This document shows, piece after piece, positions 39,401-50,430 of a stretch of DNA of 64,000 bases (its first letter is position 1; each line of letters begins with the position of its first letter). Origin of the DNA: Macrostomum lignano. Its lineage: Eukaryota. The translations under genes and the position numbers were made by a program. The stretch is from assembly GCA_002269645.1 (NCBI GenBank), contig NIVC01000434.1, positions 186,001 to 250,000 on the forward strand, read 5' to 3'. The notes below the pieces were generated by a model, which was given only the letters and a program-made list of their open reading frames with translations, made no database searches and was not told the origin of the DNA.

Positions 39401-40240
39401 GTGTGCGATGGGGATTTAAGTTTATGGGATAAATATAGTGTGGGATGGGGATTTCAGTTTATGGGATAAGTATAATGTGGAATGGGGATTTCAGTTTAAT
39501 GGATAAATATAGTGTGGGATGGGGATTTCAGTTTATGGGATAAGTATAATGTGGAATGGGGATTTCAGTTTGTGGGATAAGTATAGTGTGGGTTAGGGAT
39601 TTCAGTTTGAGGATAAATGCAGTGGTGGATGAGGATTTCATATTGGGTTTAATGTGTCAAATAGGAATTTCAGTTTGGGAAAAAATTAGACGAAGAAGTT
39701 AGTTTTGCTTGGGTTGATTCGAGCATTGGGATTTACGAGTAGATAAGCCTCTATGGGGATTTTACCGTTTGCAACTCTCCCTAACACTTGCTGATCCTCG
39801 GCCAACCCCCCCCTCCGCTCAGCTGCCAGCTGACTCTGCTGCTCACCAACCCGGCCTCCAAGCCCACCGGAGTCCGTCTGCGCTGCCTGGACAGCCGGCT
39901 AGCCCTGCCAGACCGCGAGTTCAGCCTCGGACCCTGTGGCGACGCCGCCTTAGACCTCGACGATCCCCTGGCCGCCGCCGGCGCCCAGTCGCCGAGCTCG
40001 GAGCCGGACAGGCCCGATGAGGTGGCCTTCCGCGGCCCCGGCAGGCTGGGCCTCCTCGCTCGACTGCGCTGCGCCAGACAGCTGGCCGCTAGCGAAGGCG
40101 TCCGTCTAGAATTGAGCTACGAATTTCGCAATATTGTGCTGCCGTCTGCCGCGGCTGGCGAATCTGTTGAAGTTCGACGGCTGACCGCCGAGCTGCTGCT
40201 GAGGCCGCCAGCGTCGTCTGGCGCTTCTGCTAAGGCTTGA
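30464..40240 (+). CDS. DCTN4: Dynactin subunit 4 (p62), 5 coding exons
   Basis: Exons 30464-30592, 33908-34116, 34597-34875, 37827-38198, 39823-40240, GT-AG and phase-consistent. Motifs [49 protein letters not shown]|[28 protein letters not shown]. Confidence 0.96.
32793..33395 (+). mobile_element. Fossil RTE-type non-LTR reverse transcriptase fragment, heavily mutated
   Basis: [10 protein letters not shown] at 32793; [30 protein letters not shown] at 32941; [14 protein letters not shown] near 33290-33380. Confidence 0.75.
34260..34480. repeat. Degenerate repeat of about 33 bp (GGGTACCCGTCACAAAGACTCGTATGAACT) in DCTN4 intron 2
   Basis: About 5 imperfect copies. Confidence 0.75.
34975..36497. 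repeat. Intronic minisatellite, about 32-37 bp unit GTCACTGCTGCCCCATTGTGTGTTTG(G)n with variable G run
   Basis: More than 40 copies; explains the HCCPIVC/SLLPHC/VTAAPLC ORFs. Confidence 0.95.
37130..37765. repeat. Intronic minisatellite, 16-bp unit GAAGCTTCGAG(C/A)TTGT
   Basis: About 38 copies, each with the palindrome GAAGCTTC. Confidence 0.95.
38260..39610. repeat. Intronic minisatellite, 37-bp unit GGGATAAATATAGTGTGCGATGGGGATTTCAGTTTGT
   Basis: Period 37 at 38355/38392. Confidence 0.95.
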
Positions 40241-41277
40241 GTTTATTGAAATTCGTAATTTAGCGTTCATGCGCGATTTACACTACTCTTCCTGGGGCAA
40301 TTAGTAGGCAAGCTGCGAGTTTTTAATACTATTTTAAAAAGATATAGTTATTAGACCGAATGACGTCTGTGTTTTACTCGGTCCCAGCGGATGGCAATAG
40401 GGTGGAATTTTTTTCAACCTATGGCTACAGAATGGTTCTGGAATTTTCTACATCATTAAGAAATTGAAACTCGCCATTTGCTATTTATTATCTTCTTGAT
40501 AAAATCAGATTTGCAGAGCGCGTGTTTATTGGTGAAAGTGATATTATTACTTCTAAGCTCTTGTGCTCATGGTAAACTGGGTTGCCTATTAAATATACGT
40601 CACTGCTGTCTAATGCTATTATCTTTGCATCAATTATATTCGGTGTCGCAGTCTATTATAAGAGTTTAAGGTATTTACTCGAATCGATATTTTGTGTGCC
40701 GCTTGCGAATCTCGTGACAGTCTGTGTTTTAATAGGAGCAAAACTTGGCAAGATTAAACTAAAAGCTATGTATGAACACTATTTGTAGCTTTCTTAGGTC
40801 GTTTTTTTAATTACATGCTTTATAATAAGCGCAACTCACTACTAACAGCGGTATGTGTTTAAGCTTGGAAATTTTGGCATTGCTCTCTGGCTAGCGGTTT
40901 AATAATTTTCCATAAAGTCTTGTCAGGTCTTTGCTTAACTCTCGTTATATTATACTTGTAATATGCTTCTGAAGCCTGCTATTGATTAATATGTATTTTG
41001 CATACTGATAAATAAACTATGCTGGATTATTTATCCATCTGATTTATGGTTTGAAATTTATCTTCATAGAGAAATTGCACTTAAAAAAGTCGAATAGTTA
41101 TTGTTTAATTTATCGATTACAAGAGCCGATAAAATTTACCGATGCTGTTTATTTGTTTAGATTATTCAGGATTATTTTGTTAAAACTGTAAAAATTAGCA
41201 AGTGTCACAGCTGTTACAGAGAGTCTGAAAACAGTCGTAGAACCTGGCTCGGATCGGGGCTGCAACAGTTCAGTTTT

Positions 41278-41598
41278 TTAGACAACGCCGCACACCATCG
41301 TGTTGTCTCCGGTTGAGAAGGCGTCACTCTTAGTCACGCTGCCGAACTTCATCCAGCAGGTGCCGCCGTTGTAGCGGGTCCAGGCGAAGTGGGTGCAGCG
41401 GTGGGTTCGGGCGCAGGCGCCACCGCACTGCTCGCCGGGCATCCGCTCATTCTTCAGATCGCGGTTGTAGAAGTCGCAACCGAACGCCCAGTTGCCGTTC
41501 CAGCGGATGCGTCGAGCCTCTGCTTGAGTTGACACGGCGCAAAGGAGACCCGCGAACACCAGTAGAACCTTCAACGAGCTGATACGGCCGGCCATCAT
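41278..41598 (-). CDS. Small secreted protein: signal peptide plus a single PAN/apple-like six-cysteine domain (106 aa from ATG at 41598)
   Basis: Hydrophobic leader LKVLLVFAGLLCAVSTQA; WAFGCDF..DL..QCGGAC..CTHFAW..GGTCWMK..MVCGV; about 73% identical (56/77 counted by eye) to the N-terminal domain of 44315-45283; AATAAA on the minus strand near 41150. Confidence 0.9.
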   Translation of the reverse strand: MMAGRISSLKVLLVFAGLLCAVSTQAEARRIRWNGNWAFGCDFYNRDLKNERMPGEQCGGACARTHRCTHFAWTRYNGGTCWMKFGSVTKSDAFSTGDNTMVCGVV

Positions 41599-42689
41599 TG
41601 CGCTCTGCAAGAAATGCTTTTCAATTGTAATTTTATGGACACGCTTTGCTAATAGATCGTAGGTAGGTATAGTACAGCTGCCGATTACTGATATACAGCT
41701 ACAGCTGTGTCCGGTCTCCCAGCTCGTAAAATGGCGTTTTTGTGCGACAGAACCAAGAGTAAATTAAGAGCCAGGAGGCTCCTTGAGGAGTGCGAGAGAC
41801 TTGGTGACCTTAGGAGAGCTCATAAATGTTTGTACTCGTAGCGTACTGTGCAGGTAGAATTAGAAAATAAAGAGTTAGAATGGTAGATAGATATACCTAC
41901 CCCTCGTACCTAGAAACCATTTTTAGTTTAGCGGATTTTTATGAGCGCATGTTCTACTGAAGGAGCACACTTCACTCCAGACTCTCTAGCCCAAGGATGC
42001 AAGGGACGAATTTGGCACTCACAAATTTGACACTCACTAAAGGGATTTTAGATTTTTAGAAGCTTGATGAAATAGGAGCCAGTTGGGTGTAGCCTTTAAT
42101 GGCCGCAGTTCAGATTCTCGTAGGCCCTACCTAAACGAAACCAGAGCAAAGATCTTGACAGCAACTTACCAAGTTTTGTGGTTGACTCTCGGTAAGGATA
42201 AACTAGAATTAGTAGTATTTCGCAACCGATCCTGGGTTGGTTGTGTTTTTCTGAGTCAATTTTTACCTGCTTTTAAAGACTGGACAGTCTTTCAGTCGCT
42301 GCATTAGTTTGGGGTGGCAACGTGGCACAGCTCTGACGCTATTGGCTGTCGCGCTAAAGTAGCTCGTGCAAGTTAATCACCTACTGAGAGATGCACTCGT
42401 GAGGGCCAGAAATAATTATCCCCAAGGCTCAGAGAGTACATGCATGCAAGTGAGTCACTGCCCTCGTGCTGAGCATCTGCGTCAGGGTGCGCGCAGGGTG
42501 CAGGGGGTTTGCAATTCTGAAAGTAATCTTCCAATTAAAACTGCAACTTACGCATTGAAACTGAAACGTCTAAAAACTTCTTCTGTGCGATAATTATCTA
42601 ATGGTTAATAGTTCAATTTTAATATTGCGCAATCACTCGACTTGTACTTTGCCACTGTGATGCATATCGCTTAAAAAAGTTTGAACCCG

Positions 42690-43430
42690 ATAGCCTATTG
42701 GTAATTAAAACCATGTACAACTAAAATATTGGGACTTGAACTGGATAGCCTATCGGTAATTAAAACCATGGACAACTAAAGTAGAGGGACATGAACTGGA
42801 TAGCCTATCGGTAATTAAAACCATGTACAACTAAAGTAGAGGGACTTGAACTGGATAGCCTATCGGTAATTAAAACCATGGACAACTAAAGTAGAGGGAC
42901 TTGAACTGGATAGCCTATCGGTAATTAAAACCATGGACAACTAAAGTAGAGGGACATAAACTGGATAGCCTATCGGTAATTAAAACCATGGACAACTAAA
43001 GTAGAGGGACATGAACTGGATAGCCTATCGGTAATTAAAACCATGGACAACTAAAGTAGAGGGACTTGAACTGGATAGCCTATCGGTAATTAAAACCATG
43101 GACAACTAAAGTAGAGGGACTTGAACTGGATAGCCTATCGGTAATTAAAACCATGGACAACTAAAGTAGAGGGACATGAACTGGATAGCCTATCGGTAAT
43201 TAAAACCATGGACAACTAAAGTAGAGGGACTTGAACTGGATAGCCTATCGGTAATTAAAACCATGGACAACTAAAGTATAGGGACTTGAACTGGATAGCC
43301 TATCGGTAATTAAAACCATGTACAACTAAAATATAGGGACTTGAACTGGATAGCCTATCGGTATTCAAAACCATGAACAACTAAAATATAGGGACTTGAA
43401 CTGGATAGCCTATCGGAAATTAAAATCATG
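42690..43430. repeat. Minisatellite, 55-bp unit GGGACTTGAACTGGATAGCCTATCGGTAATTAAAACCATGGACAACTAAAGTAGA
   Basis: Period 55 at 42841/42896/42951; about 13 copies. Confidence 0.95.
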
Positions 43431-43974
43431 GAAATGCTGCTAATGTAAACAGAAATAGCGCACCTGGTGTTTGGTTTCACGTGCGCCAATATGCTTGAAT
43501 GTTTTAGGTGCCTAATGACTGACGAGAGAAACTAATGGGACCAATTAAAGTATCGAATTGATTCAAATTGATCGTTATCAAACTGTTATGTAGGTTCGAA
43601 TCACCTGATAAAAGAAATTATATCTAGTACACGTAGTTGCACCAATAATCCCTTAATGCGTGCTTTTCAATTTGTATTTGGTTTCTGATCAAAACAGCTC
43701 CATGATGATGAACAGCTAAAACAGAAGGACACTAAAGTCGCGAATCGTGCAAATCTTACTGGAGGCCAGTCATTGCTGCAAATTTTTTTGCTTATAAAGG
43801 TCAAAAGGCATATACTTGACTAATTTTGCATTCTGAAGGTTGATAAAGCTGTTAATTTAGTGCACAAACACTGAAAACTTCAAATCTTTCTACGTTCCTA
43901 TATCACTCTATCCGGACCTCGAGTCCTTTGAAACTTCACGATAGCAATCCGGCTAGCTTAGGGTTTGTGTCTCT

Positions 43975-44228
43975 TCTCAGCTCTCCTCTCTCATCTCCCC
44001 TCTCTCCCCTGCTCTCCATCCTCATATCTCATCTCCCCTCTCTCCCCTGCTCTCCACCCTCCTCTCTCATCTCCCCTCTCTCCCCTCTCTCCCCTGCTCT
44101 CCACCCTCCTCTCTCATCTCCCCTCTCTCCCCTCTCTCCCCTGCTCTCCACCCTCCTCTCTCATCTCCGCTCTCTCCCCTGCTCTCCACCTTCCTCTCTC
44201 ATCTCCCCTCTCTCTACCCTCTCTACCT
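43975..44228. repeat. CT-rich degenerate tandem repeat
   Basis: Repeated CTCTCCCCTGCTCTCCACCCTCCTCTCTCATCTCCC. Confidence 0.85.
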
Positions 44229-44314
44229 AGCTTAGTTAAGACTCGCGAGTTTAACGTCCTTGATCTTTTCCAGTTGCCCATGGCTTAATGCCGTTCCAGT
44301 AAACTGAGTTCCAA

Positions 44315-45283
44315 TCAGTCGTCATCTCGCCTGCAGCCACTGATAGCGACGAGAGCGTCCGGGCAGCGGACCCTCGAGTACACCATGGCGGGGTTGTCGG
44401 CCCCCCTGAACCAGTCGAATCGCCAGTAGCAGCCGTCGCGAATTTGCGCCGGCAGAGAGCCGCACTCGCTCCGTCTCGACACTCCGCCGTAGCGCTGGCC
44501 CCAGCCGTCTGGCCCCGCGTTCCACTGCGCGCTGCAGCCGTTGAAAATGCCGACACCGCCGCCTGGGATTTGCAAGTCGAACTGGTTCGGGTGCACGTCG
44601 CCTCCGCTGTTGGTGACCTGCACCACCATGGATTTTCCCTGCACAGGGCCGTTGGTGAAGTCCAGCTTGTAGCAGGCGCAGCAGCGACCGCTCTCGTCCA
44701 GACCGGGGATGGTGGCGGCGGCGAAGCCGTAGGCCAGCTGGTCGCTCACCGCCCACGGCTTGTTGTTGTTGCAGGCGAACACGGGTCCGCCGTTGCAGCC
44801 GCTGGCACCGTTGGGATCGCTGGTCACTCCGTAGCCGTCGCGATAGCAGGCGCGCACGTATTTGTTTTGGCCGGGCACTTTGCCTGGCCAGGAACAGCTG
44901 GGCTTGCAGCAGTCCCAGTAGCGGGTGGTGAATCCTGGCACCTTGTTGCCTCCGCCGCCACCGCCGCCCCCGTTGTCTTCAATAACTCCGCACACCATGG
45001 TCATGTCACCAGTTGGGAAGGCGTCGCTCTTTGACACGCTACCTCGCTTCATCCAGCAGGTGCCACCATTCTGTTGAGTCCAGGTGAAATGGGTGCAGCC
45101 CTGAGTGTTGGCGCACCTTCCGCCGCACTGCTCTGAAGGGATTCGCACGTTCGACAAGTCGTTGTTACGAAAGTCGCAGCCATGCGCCCAGTTGTTGCCA
45201 TTCCAGTTGATGTTGGCCAAGACGGAGCTTGAGCACAGGACCAGTACTGCAGCCACTAGTAGGCAGCTGTGTCTTAGCGCCAT
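44315..45283 (-). CDS. Secreted GH45 (subfamily A) endo-beta-1,4-glucanase with N-terminal PAN/apple-like domain and Gly linker, 322 aa, no introns in the CDS
   Basis: Signal peptide; six-Cys PAN-like domain; G8 linker; GH45 signature TTRYWDCCKPSCSW (catalytic base Asp); YGFAAA..CCACYKLDF..MVVQVTNSGGDV (catalytic acid Asp)..QFDLQIPGGGVGIFNGC..GWGQRYGGV..GCYWRFDWFRGADNP. Confidence 0.95.
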   Translation of the reverse strand: MALRHSCLLVAAVLVLCSSSVLANINWNGNNWAHGCDFRNNDLSNVRIPSEQCGGRCANTQGCTHFTWTQQNGGTCWMKRGSVSKSDAFPTGDMTMVCGVIEDNGGGGGGGGNKVPGFTTRYWDCCKPSCSWPGKVPGQNKYVRACYRDGYGVTSDPNGASGCNGGPVFACNNNKPWAVSDQLAYGFAAATIPGLDESGRCCACYKLDFTNGPVQGKSMVVQVTNSGGDVHPNQFDLQIPGGGVGIFNGCSAQWNAGPDGWGQRYGGVSRRSECGSLPAQIRDGCYWRFDWFRGADNPAMVYSRVRCPDALVAISGCRRDDD

Positions 45284-45407
45284 ATCTGATTTCCTCTTGG
45301 ACGGTTACGTAGTTTTGCGCTCTGGAGTTTTGAAAAAATAGTTTGACGGTTCCGATGCTTTATAGCTACGTTGACAGGCCAAAAACCTGCTTGATGAATC
45401 AGTGGAT

Positions 45408-46150
45408 TGATTGGACTAAAGCTATGCCTGCTGGATCGGTAGAGTGATTAGACTAAAGCTATGCCTGCTGGATCGGTAGAGTGATTGGACTAAAGCTATA
45501 CCTGCTGGATCGGTAGAGTGATTGGACTAAAGCTATGCCTGCTGGATCGGTAGAGTGATTGGACTAAAGCTATGCCTACTGGATCGGTAGAGTGATTGGA
45601 CTAAAGCTATGCCTGCTGGATCGGTAGAGTGATTAGACTAAAGCTATGCCTGCTGGATCGGTAGAGTGATTGGACTAAAGCTATGCCTGCTGGATCGGTA
45701 GAGTGATTGGACTAAAGCTATGCTTGATGAATCGGTAGAGTGATTGGACTAAAGCTATGCCTGCTGGATCGGTAGAGTGATTGGACTAAAGCTATGCCTG
45801 CTGGATCGGTAGAGTGATTGGACTAAAGCTATGCCTGCTGGATCGGTAGAGTGATTGGACTAAAGCTATGCCTGCTGGATCGGTAGAGTGATTGGACTAA
45901 AGCTATGCCTACTGGATCGGTAGAGTGATTGGACTAAAGCTATGCCTACTGGATCGGTAGAGTGATTGGACTAAAGCTATGCTTGATGAATCGGTAGAGT
46001 GATTGGACTAAAGCTATGCCTACTGGATCGGTAGAGTGATTGGACTAAAGCTATGCCTACTGGATCGGTAGAGTGATTGGACTAAAGCTATGCCTGCTGG
46101 ATCGGTGGATTGATTAAAAGAGAACTATGTCTGATAGATCGGTAGAGTGA
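45408..46150. repeat. Minisatellite, 37-bp unit GATTGGACTAAAGCTATGCCTGCTGGATCGGTAGAGT, immediately 5' of the GH45 gene
   Basis: About 19-20 copies; begins about 125 bp upstream of the ATG. Confidence 0.95.
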
Positions 46151-48489
46151 TTGAACTAATTCAGCACTACATATTCGATTTAAAATTTTAATTAACAGTA
46201 TCTAAAAATCCTTAGTTTGACCAATCAATGTCATAGCCAATTGACTCACGTAAACTGAAGCCTGTTATATGCCGAATCAGTTAGATCTTTGAGACCACAC
46301 CATGTACAGATTGATTTTGATTTATAGCTACTGTATTCTCATCGAGGGGCGTGTCAGAGAGCTGTCTGCATGTGACAGAAATCCCCTTATCGTCCGCGCT
46401 GTTAGTACGCTCGTACATGACTTCAGTAAAACCGACACGAATCGCATAGATACCGTTCCAGTGAGACCTAACCACATGTTTTTCATGCAACCGGTCAGTT
46501 TTTTGCTGAAATTTACAGGTAGCGATATAAATTTCCCATACACGCATGCATTATAGCATAGCTCTTTCGTTGTAAAAGGTCAATTTATATATGAGGGGAC
46601 ACGTACTCAACAAAATTACTAAATACTGTTGTATTCACTAGCCACTGGGAGAGGTGATCGAACGTCGCTGCTGTGTCTGGGAGCTGTAACAGAGCTCGGA
46701 GAATGAACTGAGGGTGTCTTATGAAGGTGAGGGTTGCCTCCATCAAAGACACCTGAGGGTGAGGATTGGTACTCCATCAGAGAGACCAGAAGGTGTGTAT
46801 CGGCACTTCACCAAAATGCAAGAAGCTGAGGGTGCGGCATTGACGCTCCATCAAAGACACCTGAGTGTTGAGTTGATGCTCCATAAGACACCGTACTGGA
46901 GAGTGTGAGTTGATGCTCCATCAATGGACCGTTGAAAAGGCTTGCTAAACACTGCCATCTCAAAACTTCCCAATTTTCGTGCTTGTGGAACCCCCTATAG
47001 GTCGAGTTATAAATCAAAGAATTAAGGGTGTGTGGATCTGCGCTCCAAGTAAAGCGTCAATGTTGTCTTATATGAGGGGATGGAGCAATGGAGCAATGCA
47101 ATGCAATGGAGAGGCTTTTTATTGACATAAAAAGCCTCTCCATTGCAAGCTAGCTACTTGAAGTAGATATACACGCAATTGTTTGCTTTAACGAAGCAAC
47201 GAGTATATTTTTGAAAAAAATGCATTTAACTTTGCTGGAAAATAACAGCTAAGTTCTCTTTCAGCTGTTGGCCATGTGGCACAATGCAGCCCTTGCTTGA
47301 AATTTCTGTTTCCCTTCGCTCGTAATCTGTACGAGCGGTCCCTACCGCTCGTACCTGTACTCTCAAAAGTGGCGACTACAGAGGGTATCTTCTGATGGCG
47401 CTGAGTATATTCCAAGTCGCCTAATTACACGGCCTTTCTTGGTTTTCTCTATTTTAATCTTGCTTCCTATCTTTCTGGTCACAAGCTGCATGTCGCACTG
47501 CTTAAGTTTACATTAATCTGTTGCCAAGACTATATATTTTACTTGCAATACGAGAAATAACATCATAGTGACATTCCTAGTGTGAACTAGATTGAACTTG
47601 TTTTGTACCTATATTTTATATGTTACTAAATTTGCCACTGCAGTAGACTTTTCGGTACCTTTTTACACGCAAACATATGAATTCTGGGCCTGCTACGGCT
47701 TCCTCGTCACATGCTTCAAATGCAATCGCTTAAAATAGAACTCTTGTTCATAGCTACCCTAAAGTACCTTGATATCTACGTACTATTGTACATGCATGGT
47801 ATACATTTCTAAAAAAAGTCTTGTGTACACCCTTCTCTTCTTCCGAAGGGTATAAATAAAACTGCATCTGAGCTTCAGCCTTTTCCTTTTTCCTCCGCTC
47901 TTTGCGTAGCTACGAGTACTGCATGCTTGCTTAGAAACTCAATTGCTCTCGTTTTTTATATTTCAATTATCCACTGAGGAACAAATCATGGGAAAATTTA
48001 TGAGATAATACATTATAGTCATATCGATATATTATTGTTTTATACTTCTCGGTAATCACGTCCATTTCACTTGATTGTCTGGTACTTAATCTCTTTAGAT
48101 TCAGTCATGTGTCAAGATGCATAACATGCAGCAGATACCCTGTTGTATCCACAATTGGTGGGTATTAAATCAGCAGAGAAGATGACAACTTCTGGATTTA
48201 TCTGGTCTATAATATGCATGGCTATGATTATCGGTAAGTTTTTCGCTGTGAAATTGTGTGTACAGTACCGATAGCTTTGATATGTTTACGCATAGATGTA
48301 TCTGCTAAGAGACATAAGTGCTGCACATTGAATTTTTAGTTAAATTTCATAGCTGCTTGACACGTATGTGTACAATATAAAATCAATGGTGGGCTGAGGG
48401 GGGAGTATAGATAGAGTGAGGAGAAGGTGGACGGTGGATCAGACGGTAGAAAATATAATTCGTATACGAATTGAAGACACGTGTGTATC

Positions 48490-48695
48490 TAGAGAGGAGA
48501 GAAGAGGGGTGAGAGAAGCGAGAGGAGAGGAAGGAGAGGAGAGAGAGAAGAGAGAAGAGGGGAGAGAGGAGGGGGAAGAAAGGAAAGAAGAGAGGGAAGA
48601 GAAGAGAGGGGATGATCGAAGAGGGTAAAGAGAAGAGAGGGTAGAGAGGAGAGAAGAGAGAAGAGAGAGAAGAAGGGAGAGCAAAGAGAGGCGAA
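48490..48695. repeat. GA-rich low-complexity tract
   Basis: Purine-only composition. Confidence 0.85.
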
Positions 48696-49929
48696 AAGAG
48701 ACACCAGCCTAGCTTAAGCAGACAAGAAATTGCTATTGTGATTTTTCAAAGGAGCCGAGGGCCGGATAAATCGTAGAAGGGCTGGAGTTTTCCTATACCC
48801 TTGATCAAGATGAAGTGAGTAGAGACCATAGAAGGAGAAGGGGCAGAAAAAAGTATATATGGGCGAAGGTTTAGAGATAGGAGAGGGAGATAATTAGTGA
48901 GAGTAAACAAGGGTAAGAAATGACTGGGAGTGAAATACAATTTCTGTTTACGAGCTATACGCTCGTAGATGTGAAAATTGCACAGAATAAAAGCTTTGTA
49001 TTTACATGCAAATTTAGTGCATTACTCTTCATGATTTTTTAGCAATTGCTAAGATTTTTAGACAAAAAAATATATTCAGAATAAAGTTTAAGCAGGTCAA
49101 GTTTCAGCCCAATCCATCAATCCAGTGCAGAGAAAACTCTGTTTGTAATCCGGGAGACCTTTCTGGACCACCCTGTATATTTACAGAACATTACGCTCGC
49201 AGGAAAGCAAAGCTTTGCATTTTTATTTGTGCATGTTTTGTTTCTTAAGGTACATGTACTACACTGTATCATACTATGTACAAGCTTATTCATAATTAAC
49301 AATCTGTACAGTAGAAAAAATACAACTCAAGTGTTATATTAACATATGATTACACAATTCAAACAACGATATAACAATGTAGAAAATGTTCTAAGATGCA
49401 ATCGATATATAAAGCCAGGTAGAGCAATCATGCAATTATTAAATTTACATGTGTAAACCTCATGTATAGGTTATTCTACGTGTAAGTTCTCACAAGTTCT
49501 TCAATTGCAATGCATTCGTCCAGTGTAATGTACATGTACATGTACAATACGGCCGGACTGTACATATGGTACTGCATGGTTACATCCGATGCGCTCACTT
49601 GGCCGCGGGCCCCTTACACAGGAAAGGACGCTTCGCTAGCTATGTGGATTGTTCATGCTACTGCGCTGCTGCATACAGTGTACATGCGATACACGCAGCT
49701 TTTATACATGCATGGGCTTATCCACACCGTGCTCCCAAACGAATTGCAGCGTCCACATAAATCTAAAATATATTTTTTTCGATGTGTTGGACATGGTATG
49801 CAGTTAACTACGCGTTTTTAATATTTAATTTGCAGCTTTGATTTTTATGTAATTAAATATCTATTACATTATATGCCTAGTGGGCCTGTGCCAGTTCTAC
49901 AAATATAAACTGCTGTTAGATTGACATAC

Positions 49930-50430
49930 GTGTAGCCTCCGGAGAAATCTCAAAAGGTATTGCTCTGCTGCTATAGGTTGAACAAATAATAGTGTTTTCA
50001 TGAACAAAGGCAGTGCATATACCTGTTGAATCTGTGGCTTGTTTTGGTTTTCTGTCTGCGATCTGAATATCCCAGACAGCTTGTTGCGAAGCTGCAGATG
50101 GATCAAGTCCAGAAAAATCCATTGACTGAGGCGTTTCAATAGCCATTTTAATTGCTTTGTTTGTGTATGTTTTCGATCGCAATTGTCTACAAATCAAAAG
50201 TTTAATAAAAATTAAATATCGATCCGGCCATGTCGTCGATAGATATAGGAATTTTTTATATCAATAATTAAAAACGAATTGCATTCAATATACCTTCAGT
50301 CCTCCAGTAAACTGAATACGCAGAACGTGGGAACCTTGTCAGTTGTCGAATTAAATTTTCTGATTTAGCATCAGCAAGTAGGTGCGAATTGAATCACTTC
50401 CAGCTGCTTGAACAACTGTAATTCTGGGTC
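49930..50430 (-). other. Possible exons of an unrecognised gene or pseudogene
   Basis: Acceptor/donor pairs bracket about 50430-50293 and 50186-49930; the joined frame reads ..IRQLTRFPRSAYSVYWRTE|DNCDRK..LKWLLKRLSQWIFLDLIHLQLRNKL..AAEQYLLRFLRRLH|, with one in-frame TGA early; no family recognised. Confidence 0.25.

Noticed and set aside
44322-45034. Alternative-frame and antisense ORFs over the GH45 gene (and similar ones over par-3 and the retroelements)
   Set aside because: Shadows of GC-rich coding sequence
42690-46150. CRISPR-like arrays (37-bp and 55-bp periods)
   Set aside because: Units are head-to-tail with no unique spacers, there are no cas genes, and the context is eukaryotic
46281-47020. 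Short ORFs and degenerate CTCCATCAAAGACACCTGAG repeats
   Set aside because: No recognisable domain, termini or TSD; not supportable beyond a weak local repeat
48182-48233. Plus-strand signal-peptide-like mini exon MTTSGFIWSIICMAMII followed by GTAAGT
   Set aside because: No convincing downstream exon could be joined
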